DNA from: Lama guanicoe
Lineage: Eukaryota
Length of the DNA: 64,000 nucleotides
Assembly: GCA_013239625.1 (NCBI GenBank)
Contig: MU053810.1
Coordinates: forward strand, 4,310,071 to 4,374,070
Reading direction: 5' to 3'
The first letter of the stretch is position 1. The number at the start of each line of letters is the position of its first letter. The position numbers and the translations under genes are program-made. Under the pieces are notes generated by a model that was not told where the DNA came from, searched no databases, and saw nothing but the letters and a program-made list of their open reading frames with translations. This document shows positions 1 to 11,146 of this stretch, piece by piece.

Positions 1-45
1 GGTGACCTCGAACCAAACCTGCAAGATCTCCGAGGTATTCCTGTA
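1..45 (+). mobile_element. Right end of a Tigger1-like DNA transposon (cut by the window edge)
   Basis: gaaccaaacctgcaagatctccgaggtattcctg followed by TA resembles the Tigger1 3' terminus and TA target site. Confidence 0.6.
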
Positions 46-1640
46 TTCTAGAGCTGAAAGTGTGCTCCATGGATGCCCAGAGATATCTGACCACTGGAAA
101 TATACCAACAAGGAAGGGAAATGTGCTACTGGAAATATACCAACAGCAGGGAAGGGAAGTGTGCTGTCAGGCTGGTGATTGCCTTCTCATCCCTTCTCAG
201 AACAGCAAGCGGGCAAGCCACAGCCTTGGCTCTTGTCATTTTTATCTTTTATACCAATTAAGCCCGTTAGTACACTGTCAGTTCAATAGTCTCAAAAGCA
301 AAATGATTTTTCAAGGTACCGAGGTATCTTTTTCATTGGTTGCCAGACTAATCCGGGGAAAATGAAATCCAGCCACTATAATACATAAATCTCTTGCTTT
401 TCCAGTTGCCTCTCTAATTATCCTATGACAGGCGCTGATACATGGTGGAATTAGAGGAATTATTCCAGCAGATTTGCCCTTCACTGCAGGCTTCAGGGTT
501 GTTCCAAGGAACTCATGTGTTAGCACTCTGTTCTTGGAAACAGTGGAGGGTCTGGCACCTGCTGGTTTCCCCGGATGCTAAGGATCACGGGTCTCCATAG
601 TTGGTAATTAATTCTAGCTTTTAGTCCTCAACTCATTGCCTGGAAGTTTAACTCGAAACAGCATTGACTCGGGTGTGTCACCTTGGCCACCTTTCCTTCT
701 TTCCTATCTCTTATCACCCCACACCATCTTCTCCTGGTTACTTAAACTGCTGTTTGGGAGAAGGAAGCATTTCTGCTTTCTCCAACCAAAGAAACTGGGT
801 GTTTATTGAGCTTTATACTTCACTGTTACAAACCACCTAAGCTGAAATCTCTAGATGGGGACAGTGCCGAAGGGTAGATTTGAAGATGAGGGACTTCACT
901 GGAGGAAGAAGCAACATAGGGGGCAAATTGGAATGACAAATGCTTCTCTCACCAGCTTGTTCATAGACATGACCTCCATAAGTCGGGAACAGTGTCTTAT
1001 TCGTCTTTGTATCTTCAGAACACAGTCCTATGTTTGGCACTTAGGAGTACTCGGTAAGCATTTTATGCACTGAACAGAACACAGACACACAGCTGAACCA
1101 GGAATGGTGGTCAATTAATCACTGAATACATTTGATGGAGTGATGGGAGAAGAGGAAACAACTTCTTGCCTCTGGTTTTATCCCCAAATATCTCTCCTCT
1201 GAGTCCCTATTTGAAGCTATGTGCTTATATAACTCATTTGCACAATCAGCTCTAAACTGAGCTGCCTTTCAAATCATGGTATATTAACAATTGTCATACC
1301 TATGGGTAGTGGATTATTTGTGTAACTAAAAGTGCCCAGACAAAATAGTTATTTCACATAATCACTTCACAAATATGAAGCATTGCCTGCTATTTGAAAT
1401 GTAATGACTTGTATTTCCAATTCCACTCTGGGTCTGATAGTGCTGGTAATGCGTTTATTGCCGAGGGTGGCTGTAGAGTCTGCAGCTGTTAGTAGATAAA
1501 TCATTATCTTGGAGTTGGCCCTGTTTATCATCTGCCTAGACTTTACAAAGAGTGAAAAAAAAGAAGAAAAAGCTGTCACTCTAGTGACACTATAGTAAGC
1601 CTCCCTGATTTCCAGCAGCCATGAGTACCAAGTAGAACTA

Positions 1641-2100
1641 TTGATTGATTGATTGATTGATTGAAGTATAGTTGATTTACAATGTTGTGTTAGTTTCAGG
1701 TGTACAGCAAAGTGATTTAAACATATATGTGTATGTTATTTTTCAGATTCTTTTCCATTATAGGTTATTACAAAATAGAAGATATTTACTATAGTTCCCT
1801 GTGCTATACAGGAGGTCCTTGTTGTTTATCTATTTTATATATACACTAATGTGTATATGTTAATCCCAAACTCCTAATTTTTCCCTCTCCCACCCTTTCC
1901 CCTTTGGTCATCATAGTTTGTTTTCTATGTCTGTGAGTCTCCTTCTGGTTTGTAAATAAGTTCATTCTTTTTTAGATTCCACATGTAAGAGATATCATAT
2001 GACATTTGTCCTTCTCTGTCTGACTTACTTCACTTAATATGATAATCTCAAGGTCCACATTGCTGTAAATGGCATTATTTTATTCTTTTTTATGGCTGAG
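1641..2100 (-). mobile_element. 5'-truncated L1 3' UTR fragment (artiodactyl type) with tail decayed to (TTGA)n
   Basis: ttgaagtatagttgatttacaatgttgtgttagtttcaggtgtacagc...ttttatggctgagt is the typical L1 3' end; tgagtaccaagta occurs at 1622-1634 and 2097-2109 (possible TSD). Confidence 0.85.
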
Positions 2101-2113
2101 TACCAAGTATCAC

Positions 2114-2230
2114 TTTTTTTGTGTTTGTGGGGGGTAATTAGATCGATTGATTAATGGAGGTACTGTGGATTGAACCCAGGACCTCTTGCATGCTAAGCAC
2201 ATGCTCTACCACTGAGCTCTACCCTCCCCC
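2114..2230 (-). mobile_element. Camelid tRNA-derived SINE (Vic-1-like)
   Basis: Reverse strand reads ggggagggtagagctcagtggtagagcatgtgcttagcatgcaagaggtcctgggttcaatccacagtacctcc, with A/B boxes and an A-rich tail; matches the copies at 51098 and 54831. Confidence 0.85.
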
Positions 2231-3059
2231 ACAATATCACTCTTATTGCTAGCTTTGCAGATGTCAACCTGGGTATGTTCATATTTGAATCAGAAAACAA
2301 TATTTTCCTGAAACACATTTCTTTGAAAATCTAGTGTCTTGTTCATTCATTCAAAAGGATTGCAACAGTGTAAGTGTGTGCCTGACCCTGCCAGTCAGTT
2401 GCTTTTTCTTCAAAGCCCTTTCTGAAAGGCACAAGCTCTGTGTTGAGCACGCTTGGGGAAAGTGACTGCAGAAGTGGCTGTGTCAGTCAGAGGCCAACTT
2501 GTGCTTGCAGGTTAGAGGGTCAGAACGAGGAATCTGCTGGGCTTTGGTAAATTTATTTCATGTGTAACACGTGCACTGGAGTTCTCTGAGGTTGAAGCTA
2601 TCAACCAGTGAAAGCCAAACAATTGACTTGAATCAAGGACAACTGAACAAACCGGAGAGACACAACATTCAGGTTCAGGTTTAGGTTCATTTTCCATGTT
2701 CATTATCTGAACAGACAGGTCTTCTGTTGCTAATGTGGCCTCTTTGAGGCTGATGATCTTTATTATAAGTTTGAATATATTTCTTTCCCCTAAAACTGGG
2801 ATTTGATAACAGAAGAGTAGTTATTAAGGTGCTTGGAGCTAGGAACCTTTTTAACTTTTTAAAAGAATTTTTAAAGGACCAGCTAAAATGTTAGGTATTT
2901 TGATTTTTGGACTCAAGTTCCTCAACTGCTGTACCAGTAGAGAACGCATGTTCCCATGTCTTACCTTGTAAATCTACTGCCCATATGTAAGGGGTTTTAA
3001 ACCCCTCCTAATTTCATTTTTACCATTAAAATATTTGGGGCTGTATTTAATAGAGAAAT

Positions 3060-3250
3060 AGATTGAGTCAGGAATCCTAGATTCTAGACTTGGCATTGTC
3101 TAGCTTTCTTACCCTGGGGATCTCATTTAAACCCTCTGAGCCTCAGTTTCCCCAATTGTAAAAAGGAAAAGGATAATAGTGTCTTACATTATTTGATGAT
3201 CATATCTAATAAAGTATGTCAGAGTATTTCTAAACAATGTAAAGTCAGTG
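3060..3250 (+). mobile_element. MIR SINE (ancient)
   Basis: Core motif ttaaaccctctgagcctcagtttccccaattgtaaaa. Confidence 0.7.
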
Positions 3251-4429
3251 CTTCTGTTTAGACAAGATCTGGATGTAAAAACTGGATCGTGTAATTGCTG
3301 GAGGGGTGGTGTTCGGTTTTCATCTCAAAATCAGATTCCTTTGAAACTTCTCCATTACGGATGTTCTTATAACAGAGTTAAAAGAAAAAAAAGGAAAGAA
3401 AGAAACACAGCTACAGGCAACCATTAGGATGAGTCAGACTCTGTGTCTAAATAAAGAGTCACATTTCACATCTCTGTCCTAAGGGGTCAATATCTATAGT
3501 CACCCAAGACAAACAAAGTTACGTATGTGAATGCAAGCCAGCCATGATACCAGGCTATACAAGTACTCATTTTTAGTTAGCTCTTTTATATCACATTTTC
3601 TTGGCTTCTTCCAAATAAAAATCTACCCTGTCAGCTTTCTGTGAAGACCCAGATGTGACTGGCCTAGGAAAACCTGAAATATAAAAATGAGAAATGTTTT
3701 CAGTGACTTGGATTCTTTTGGCTTTGGAGAAACCCAAAGGAAACAGTATCTAGTGAACATTTATTATATATCCCCCTTATGAAGTGGTTTTCTTTACAAT
3801 GTTGCATAAGTCATACTAATTCCCATAAATTTTTGGTAATTTTTTAGGATTCCTGCATAGGCAAGATTGTTATCTGTAATCTTTGCAATATCTTTAGCAG
3901 AATTTTACATTTGCAACACAGAATGTAAAACAAGTTGGAAGTTGTTTTTTTGTTTTTTGGGTTTTTTTTTTTAAATCTAGTTACATTTTAATTGTTTCCA
4001 GTTTTTCAAAACAAGACCAAGGATGCACAGAAATGCCTGTGGCTTGTTATTCAGAGCACGTTGCTCTATGATAGTAGGAAAATAAGCTCAGGAGGACCCC
4101 CCTCTCTGCTGCCACCCCCTCTCTCTACTGTCTGTAGACGCTCCACAATCAAACACCTAGATTATCTGATCTGTGAACTTTACAGACTTTCAAGGTAGGT
4201 GACATTACAGCAATCTCAAGTTCAGCAAGGTGACCAAATGATTTAGTGTTAAACTGAGACCCTTGAGAATAAGGAGTGGGTGCTGTTAAATTTGTGCCAT
4301 GACAAACAGCATAAATGAGGCAGTCCCAGAAAAGCAGGTAGGAAGTTGGCCTTCCCATTTCAGGTCCAAGAAGTGGTTGGTGCTGCTGAGTGACTCCAGG
4401 ACTGGAACTGTCTTCTAATAGGCATTTGG

Positions 4430-4595
4430 AGTCTGTGTATCTGCAAGGGGCTGGTTCTAGGACCGCTACCAAAATCCACAGATGCTCAAGTCCCTTATAT
4501 AGAAGGTTGAGTACAGTCAATACACCCAACCTGCTATATCAGACAATTGGTGAATCCTTGGATATGAAATCCACACATATGGAGGGCTGACTGTA
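4430..4595. mobile_element. MER2/Tigger-family MITE remnant
   Basis: accaaaatccacagatgctcaagtcccttatata and the terminus atatggagggctgactg followed by TA. Confidence 0.65.
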
Positions 4596-4665
4596 GTGAC
4601 TTATGCCACAGCTTCCTGAAGTTTATAAGCTTCAATAACCATAATTCCCCAACAGCTTTTCCAAA

Positions 4666-6195
4666 TAAGTTCTTCCATTTTTATTTTTGTAAGAAAACCA
4701 AAAACAACAAAGTCACCACCAAGCACAGGACAACTCGCCAGCAAGGTCTTGGTCTCCCTCCCTCCTTCCCGTCCCAGGTGCTGTCAGCAGTGTCAGGGAG
4801 GTACTGATGTTAGCTTTTCCCAAAGGGAATATTACAAACAAGGGCTTGGAAGAGGGAGGGAAGCCTCAAGTTCTTCATCAGTGAGACGTTGCTTAAAACT
4901 GATTTGCTTTAAATAACTGGTATGTTTGAAATGCCGGAAAGGAAGACCATGCTATCAGAATCATAACCCTCTTTCTACATGTATCCCTGCAAGTGACACG
5001 TTGGCTTGGTGGAGGGCGGGGTCAGAATTGTTTTAAGGAATCAGAACAGTTTCATGAGCTTGCTCAGCACTCCCAGAACAAAAACTAAGATAAAGATAAA
5101 TACATGCTGTTTGTTAGGCGTATTCTATGGAGGGTCAGGGGCTGCAGGTCTAGAGTCATTGTTAGTTTATTTAGAGCCAGTGAGAAGGCTAGGCCCCAGC
5201 CTTGGACACCGGAGTCCTAAAGAAAAAGCGGAGAGAGTCCCATAACCCTGATCACCTTCTGCTGAAAGAGGGGGATGGAGAGGAGGTCTTGGCTGCTGGC
5301 CTCTCCCCAGCCCACGAGCCTGCAGAGGAAGGACCCTGATTCCTTAGGGGTGTCGGGTGAGCCCCAGGAGGCTGATCAGCAGAAAAGCACCAGGCTCAGG
5401 CTTCGGGCTGGAGGGGCCACTCGCATGGGGACCCGGCTGCAGCCTTCATCCCCAAGGTGGCCTGTGGCACAGGGGGTTTAGGCATAGCCACCAGCCATCT
5501 GACTGGTGGCTGCATTGCTGTCTACTCCTCACCAGGCCTCGAAGCTGAAGAAAGAGCTCACTCCATAGGCAATCATCACTAAACACAAAAAGAAAGAGGC
5601 AGCTGCCCACTGGTTATACAGCCCGGTGCCCTTCAGGGATGTCAGTTCAAACGCAGCAGAGCACGTGATGAAGGCCATGACGTAAAGAACGGTGGCGCCC
5701 ACGTTAAAGATCATTAACACCAGCGGCCAGGGCACCATGTACAGTTTCATGTGCAGCTGAAACAGGTAGAGGATGAAGAAAACGATTGTCACTAGCCAAA
5801 GGAAGACAGCGACGAACATCACCCAGCCATAGGCTGGGTACTGGTGGTATGGGATGTCGGCAATCAGGGCCCACACCAGCAGCCCTAGCACCAACTGCAG
5901 CAGCATGAGCGCACCGAAGCTGGAGCACACGAAGCCCCAGATGGGGGCGCAGCGCGGAGATCGGGGCGCAGCGCCGAGACCGAGGCGCCGGCTCCCTCGT
6001 GGGGCTGCTGGTCCGTGTGCTCGCTTTAGCCGGGAACTCGGCCATGGCGGCTCCCCTTGCCTCCCGAGGTCGCTCTGGCCGCCGCTGCCGCAGCCGCCGC
6101 CGCTCCCACGGCGGGTGCCGGCTCCTTCGCGGCTCCTCGCGCGGGGTTCTGGCTCCCGCTGCGGATCTCGGCGCTACCGGCAGTTGGTTTTGGGT
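4666..6195 (-). pseudogene. PLLP: Processed pseudogene (retrocopy) of plasmolipin, with 5' UTR, CDS remnant (ATG 6045 to original stop 5478-5480) and 3' UTR
   Basis: Translations MAEFPAKASTRTSSP and GALMLLQLVLGLLVWALIADIPYHQYPAYGWVMFVAVFLW...GGYA* match PLLP; intronless; frameshifts near 5935-6000, 19-bp tandem duplication 5941-5978, premature TGA 5529-5531; AATAAA on the minus strand at 4680-4685. Ends are approximate. Confidence 0.95.
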
Positions 6196-6910
6196 AGCTT
6201 TCCAAACACTTCCACCTGTCACATAGGATGTCCAAGACACGTGCTGGGAACAGATTACTAAACTGTCTGTTGCTCATTTTACCAGGCTCCTACCTTCCTG
6301 GAATTAAACCTTGCAACCAAGTTGAGGGACTTGAAACTTGAACTAACACTAATTTGACCTCATTCTGTTAACCAGCAGACAGGATACCAAGACTGAAATT
6401 AGGATAGACATTTACTTGGGCTGCTTTTTCCCCTCTTCTCATCCAATTTCTCTCTCTCTCCCTCCCCCCGTCTCTAGGGAGAAATAAGTGAGATGTACTA
6501 ATATTGAATAGATAGTTATATATGTGATCGTGCATATGAAATCATCTCTCTGAATTACGGATATTTGAATAGTTTATGGGTTGGAGCTACTCTGCTTAAA
6601 GCTACTCTGACTTTTCAGCACAGGCTATGGTGTTGACATATGTTTTCATTTCTCTTGATGGATACTCTTGGTCTCAGATAAGTGCATATATAACTTTACA
6701 AGAAACTGCCAAATTGTTTCTAAAGTGATGGGACCATTTTACACTCCTACCTGTAATGTATGAGAGTTCAGTTGCTCTACATTCTTGCCAACACTTGGTA
6801 TTGGCAGGGATTTTTATTGTAGACATTCTAATGAGTATGTTCTAGTATCTCATTGTGGCTTTACCTTGCATTTCCTGATGACTAATGATGATGTGCACCT
6901 TTCATGGCTC

Positions 6911-7082
6911 ATTACCCATTTGCATGCCTTCTTTTGTCCAGTGTCTGTTCTCATCTTTTACACACGTATCACAACGCAGAGTACTAACCACTATACGATC
7001 ACGGCGAGCTACTGTGGACATATTACCCATTTGCATGCCTTCTTTTGTGCAGTGTCTGTTCTCATCTTTTACACACGTATCA
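6911..7082. repeat. 61-bp direct repeat (6911-6971 and 7022-7082, one mismatch) flanking the tRNA-His fragment
   Basis: attacccatttgcatgccttcttttgt(c/g)cagtgtctgttctcatcttttacacacgtatca occurs twice. Confidence 0.95.
6970..7019 (-). pseudogene. tRNA-His(GTG) 5'-half fragment (first 36 nt, ending at the anticodon) plus 14-nt upstream sequence
   Basis: The reverse complement of 6970-7005 is GCCGTGATCGTATAGTGGTTAGTACTCTGCGTTGTG, identical to the start of mammalian tRNA-His(GTG); it is preceded by gtccacagtagctc. No 3' half or B box, so it is not a functional tRNA gene. Confidence 0.93.
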
Positions 7083-10000
7083 GATTGTCTTCATATTACA
7101 GATTCTAAGAGCTCATTATATAAATTACATAAAAATTCTTGGCCAGATACGTGTTTTGCAAAAATTTCCTCCCAGTTTGTGATTCACATTGTAATTTTCT
7201 TAAAACTAACATTTGAGGAGCAGATATTTTAATTTTAATGAAGTCCATTTTATCGTTTTTTTATTTTTACTTTTTGATGGCTGGCATTTTCTTTTATTTT
7301 TTTCCTAAGAAACACTTGCCCACTTCAGAATTGAATTTTCTTCCTCTAGGTTTTGTTCGGAAACATAATTGATTTTTGTCTGTTCATCTTGTGTGAGAAC
7401 ACTGCTAAATTCAGTTATTAATTTTTATTAATTTTTGATACATTATTTAGGATTTTTTCCACAATCTTGTTGTATGTAAAGAGAAACAATGTAATGTTTT
7501 TAACACATTTTAGTATCAGGTTAATACAGGCTTCAGAAAATAAGTTTGGATGCATTTTCTCCTCCTCTAATTCCTGAGTTTGTGTCAGATTGATATTAAT
7601 GGAATGGAATCTGTCAGTGAAATCATCTGCGCATAAAGTTTCCTTTGTGGGTAGCTTTTTGATTATAGATTCAAATTCTTCAGTAGAATTAGAGCCATTC
7701 AGATTTTCTGTTTCCTCTTGAGGTAGTTTTTGGTAATTCTGATGTCAATAATTTATGGTTTTTTTCATGATTAAGCTTGCTAGGACTTTATCATTTTTCA
7801 TATTTTTTCAAAGACAATGTTTATTTGTTAATATTGTTTTCTTTGTGTGGATCTGTGCTTTTTATTATTTTCTGCTTTCTAGGCATTTTGGGATTATTTT
7901 GATCTTTTCATAATTATTGTTAAAGTAGACATTTAGATAACAGATTTTAAATCTTTCTCTTTTTAAAATGTAGTCATTTCTAGTTATAATTTTTCCTCTG
8001 AGCACTATGGCTATCTTTTATATATTTTAATGTGTTGTGTTTCATTATCACTTATTTTGAAAATTTTTTCTAATTTATCTTTGACTCCTTTTTCAGTCCA
8101 TGGATTATTTTAAAATATATTGTCTAATTTTCAAGCATTTGGGAATTTTAAAATATCTTAGTGTTACTGACTTCTAATTTGACTCTTTCATGATCAGAAA
8201 ATGTATTTTGTCAGTTTCCATTTCTTTTGCAATTTATTTAACTTATTTTATGGTTCAGCATATGGCTTATCTTAATGAGCAGTTCATGTGCTATTGAAAC
8301 AAATATGTATGTGTAATGCAGTTGGATAAAGTCATCTGTAGCTGTTAATTAAGTGAAGTTGGTGGATGGTGTTTTCAGATCTTTAATATGTTTACTGATT
8401 TTTTGCCTACTTGATCTATTTACTGATGAAGAAGTAATTTAAAAACCTCAGCTATAATGTCTATTTCTTTAATTCTGGCAGTTTTTGCTTCATATATTTT
8501 GCATTTCTATTGCTAGTGCATATGCATTTAGCGTTGCTAGGTCTTCCTAATGAATTGTGTTTTTTTGCCATTGTACAATATCTCCTTTTTATTCAACTAA
8601 TACCTTTGCCTTTAAGACCAATTTGCTACTTATACAGCCTCATCATCTTTCTCATCCTACTATTCACCTGGAAATCTTTTCCAATCCTTTTACTTTCAAC
8701 ACATCAGCATGTTTCTATATTTGTAAAATGAATCTTTCTAGTTTATAAACTATATTATCTAGCTGAATCACTCTTTAATATAAAGTATAATAGTCTTGGC
8801 CTTTTAATTGGATTGTTCTGTCCATTTGCATTTAATATGCTAATTGATGTTGCTATGTTCAAGATAAATTTGCTATTTTTCCCCACTTGTCCCATATATT
8901 TTTTCCCCCTCTATCTTCTTTTGGGTTCATTGAAATCTTTTACTTTTTCATGTTATTCTTCTTGTTTTTCTTTTTTTAACCTATTTCTGTTGTATTACTT
9001 TCAGTGGTTGCTCTAGGACACAATATTCATCTTTAGTTTATCAGTATTTCTTTAGTTTCACTACCGCACTGCTTTTCATCCTCTCCAGTACTAACCACTA
9101 TACGATCACGGCGAGCTACTGTGGACCTTTACACACGTATCAGATTGTCTTCATATTACAGATTCTAAGAGCTCATTATATAAATTACGTAAAAATTCTT
9201 GGCCAGATACGTGTTTTGCAAAAATTTCCTCCCTGTTTGTGATTCACATTGTAATTTTCTTAAAACTAACATTTCAGGAGCAGATATTTTAATTTTGATG
9301 AAGTCCATTTTATCGTTTTTTTATTTTTACTTTTTGATGGCTGGCATTTTCTTTTATTTTTTTCCTAAGAAACACTTGCCCACTTCAGAATTGAATTTTC
9401 TTCCTCTAGGTTTTGTTCGGAAACATAATTGATTTTTGTCTGTTCATCTTGTGTGAGAACACTGCTAAATTCAGTTATTAATTTTTATTAATTTTTGATA
9501 CATTATTTAGGATTTTTTCCACAATCTTGTTGTATGTAAAGAGAAACAATGTAATGTTTTTAACACATTTTAGTATCAGGTTAATACAGGCTTCAGAAAA
9601 TAAGTTTGGATGCATTTTCTCCTCCTCTAATTCCTGAGTTTGTGTCAGATTGATATTAATGGAATGGAATCTGTCAGTGAAATCATCTGCGCATAAAGTT
9701 TCCTTTGTGGGTAGCTTTTTGATTATAGATTCAAATTCTTCAGTAGAATTAGAGCCATTCAGATTTTCTGTTTCCTCTTGAGGTAGTTTTTGGTAATTCT
9801 GATGTCAATAATTTATGGTTTTTTTCATGATTAAGCTTGCTAGGACTTTATCATTTTTCATATTTTTTCAAAGACAATGTTTATTTGTTAATATTGTTTT
9901 CTTTGTGTGGATCTGTGCTTTTTATTATTTTCTGCTTTCTAGGCATTTTGGGATTATTTTGATCTTTTCATAATTATTGTTAAAGTAGACATTTAGATAA

Positions 10001-11146
10001 CAGATTTTAAATCTTTCTCTTTTTAAAATGTAGTCATTTCTAGTTATAATTTTTCCTCTGAGCACTATGGCTATCTTTTATATATTTTAATGTGTTGTGT
10101 TTCATTATCACTTATTTTGAAAATTTTTTCTAATTTATCTTTGACTCCTTTTTCAGTCCATGGATTATTTTAAAATATATTGTCTAATTTTCAAGCATTT
10201 GGGAATTTTAAAATATCTTAGTGTTACTGACTTCTAATTTGACTCTTTCATGATCAGAAAATGTATTTTGTCAGTTTCCATTTCTTTTGCAATTTATTTA
10301 ACTTATTTTATGGTTCAGCATATGGCTTATCTTAATGAGCAGTTCATGTGCTATTGAAACAAATATGTATGTGTAATGCAGTTGGATAAAGTCATCTGTA
10401 GCTGTTAATTAAGTGAAGTTGGTGGATGGTGTTTTCAGATCTTTAATATGTTTACTGATTTTTTGCCTACTTGATCTATTTACTGATGAAGAAGTAATTT
10501 AAAAACCTCAGCTATAATGTCTATTTCTTTAATTCTGGCAGTTTTTGCTTCATATATTTTGCATTTCTATTGCTAGTGCATATGCATTTAGCGTTGCTAG
10601 GTCTTCCTAATGAATTGTGTTTTTTTGCCATTGTACAATATCTCCTTTTTATTCAACTAATACCTTTGCCTTTAAGACCAATTTGCTACTTATACAGCCT
10701 CATCATCTTTCTCATCCTACTATTCACCTGGAAATCTTTTCCAATCCTTTTACTTTCAACACATCAGCATGTTTCTATATTTGTAAAATGAATCTTTCTA
10801 GTTTATAAACTATATTATCTAGCTGAATCACTCTTTAATATAAAGTATAATAGTCTTGGCCTTTTAATTGGGTTGTTCTGTCCATTTGCATTTAATATGC
10901 TAATTGATGTTGCTATGTTCAAGATAAATTTGCTATTTTTCCCCACTTGTCCCATATATTTTTTCCCCCTCTATCTTCTTTTGGGTTCATTGAAATCTTT
11001 TACTTTTTCGTGTTATTCTTCTTGTTTTTCTTTTTTTAACCTATTTCTGTTGTATTACTTTCAGTGGTTGCTCTAGGACACAATATTCATCTTTAGTTTA
11101 TCAGTATTTCTTTAGTTTCACTACTGCACTGCTTTTCATCCTCTCC
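7068..11146. repeat. Tandem duplication of 2,019 bp (7068-9086 and 9128-11146, offset 2,060)
   Basis: Line-by-line comparison shows only 7 substitutions; the ORF track repeats at offset 2060 (8510/10570, 8557/10617, 8813/10873). Confidence 0.97.
9087..9126 (-). pseudogene. Second, shorter tRNA-His(GTG) 5' fragment (26 nt) plus the same 14-nt upstream sequence, at the duplication junction
   Basis: agtactaaccactatacgatcacggc-gagctactgtggac is identical to 6980-7019. Confidence 0.93.

Noticed and set aside
6970..7005. Functional tRNA-His gene
   Set aside because: Only the 5' half is present; no T arm, B box or 3' acceptor strand.
8510..11076. Duplicated hydrophobic small ORFs
   Set aside because: Chance ORFs in T-rich antisense L1 sequence, repeated only because of the tandem duplication.
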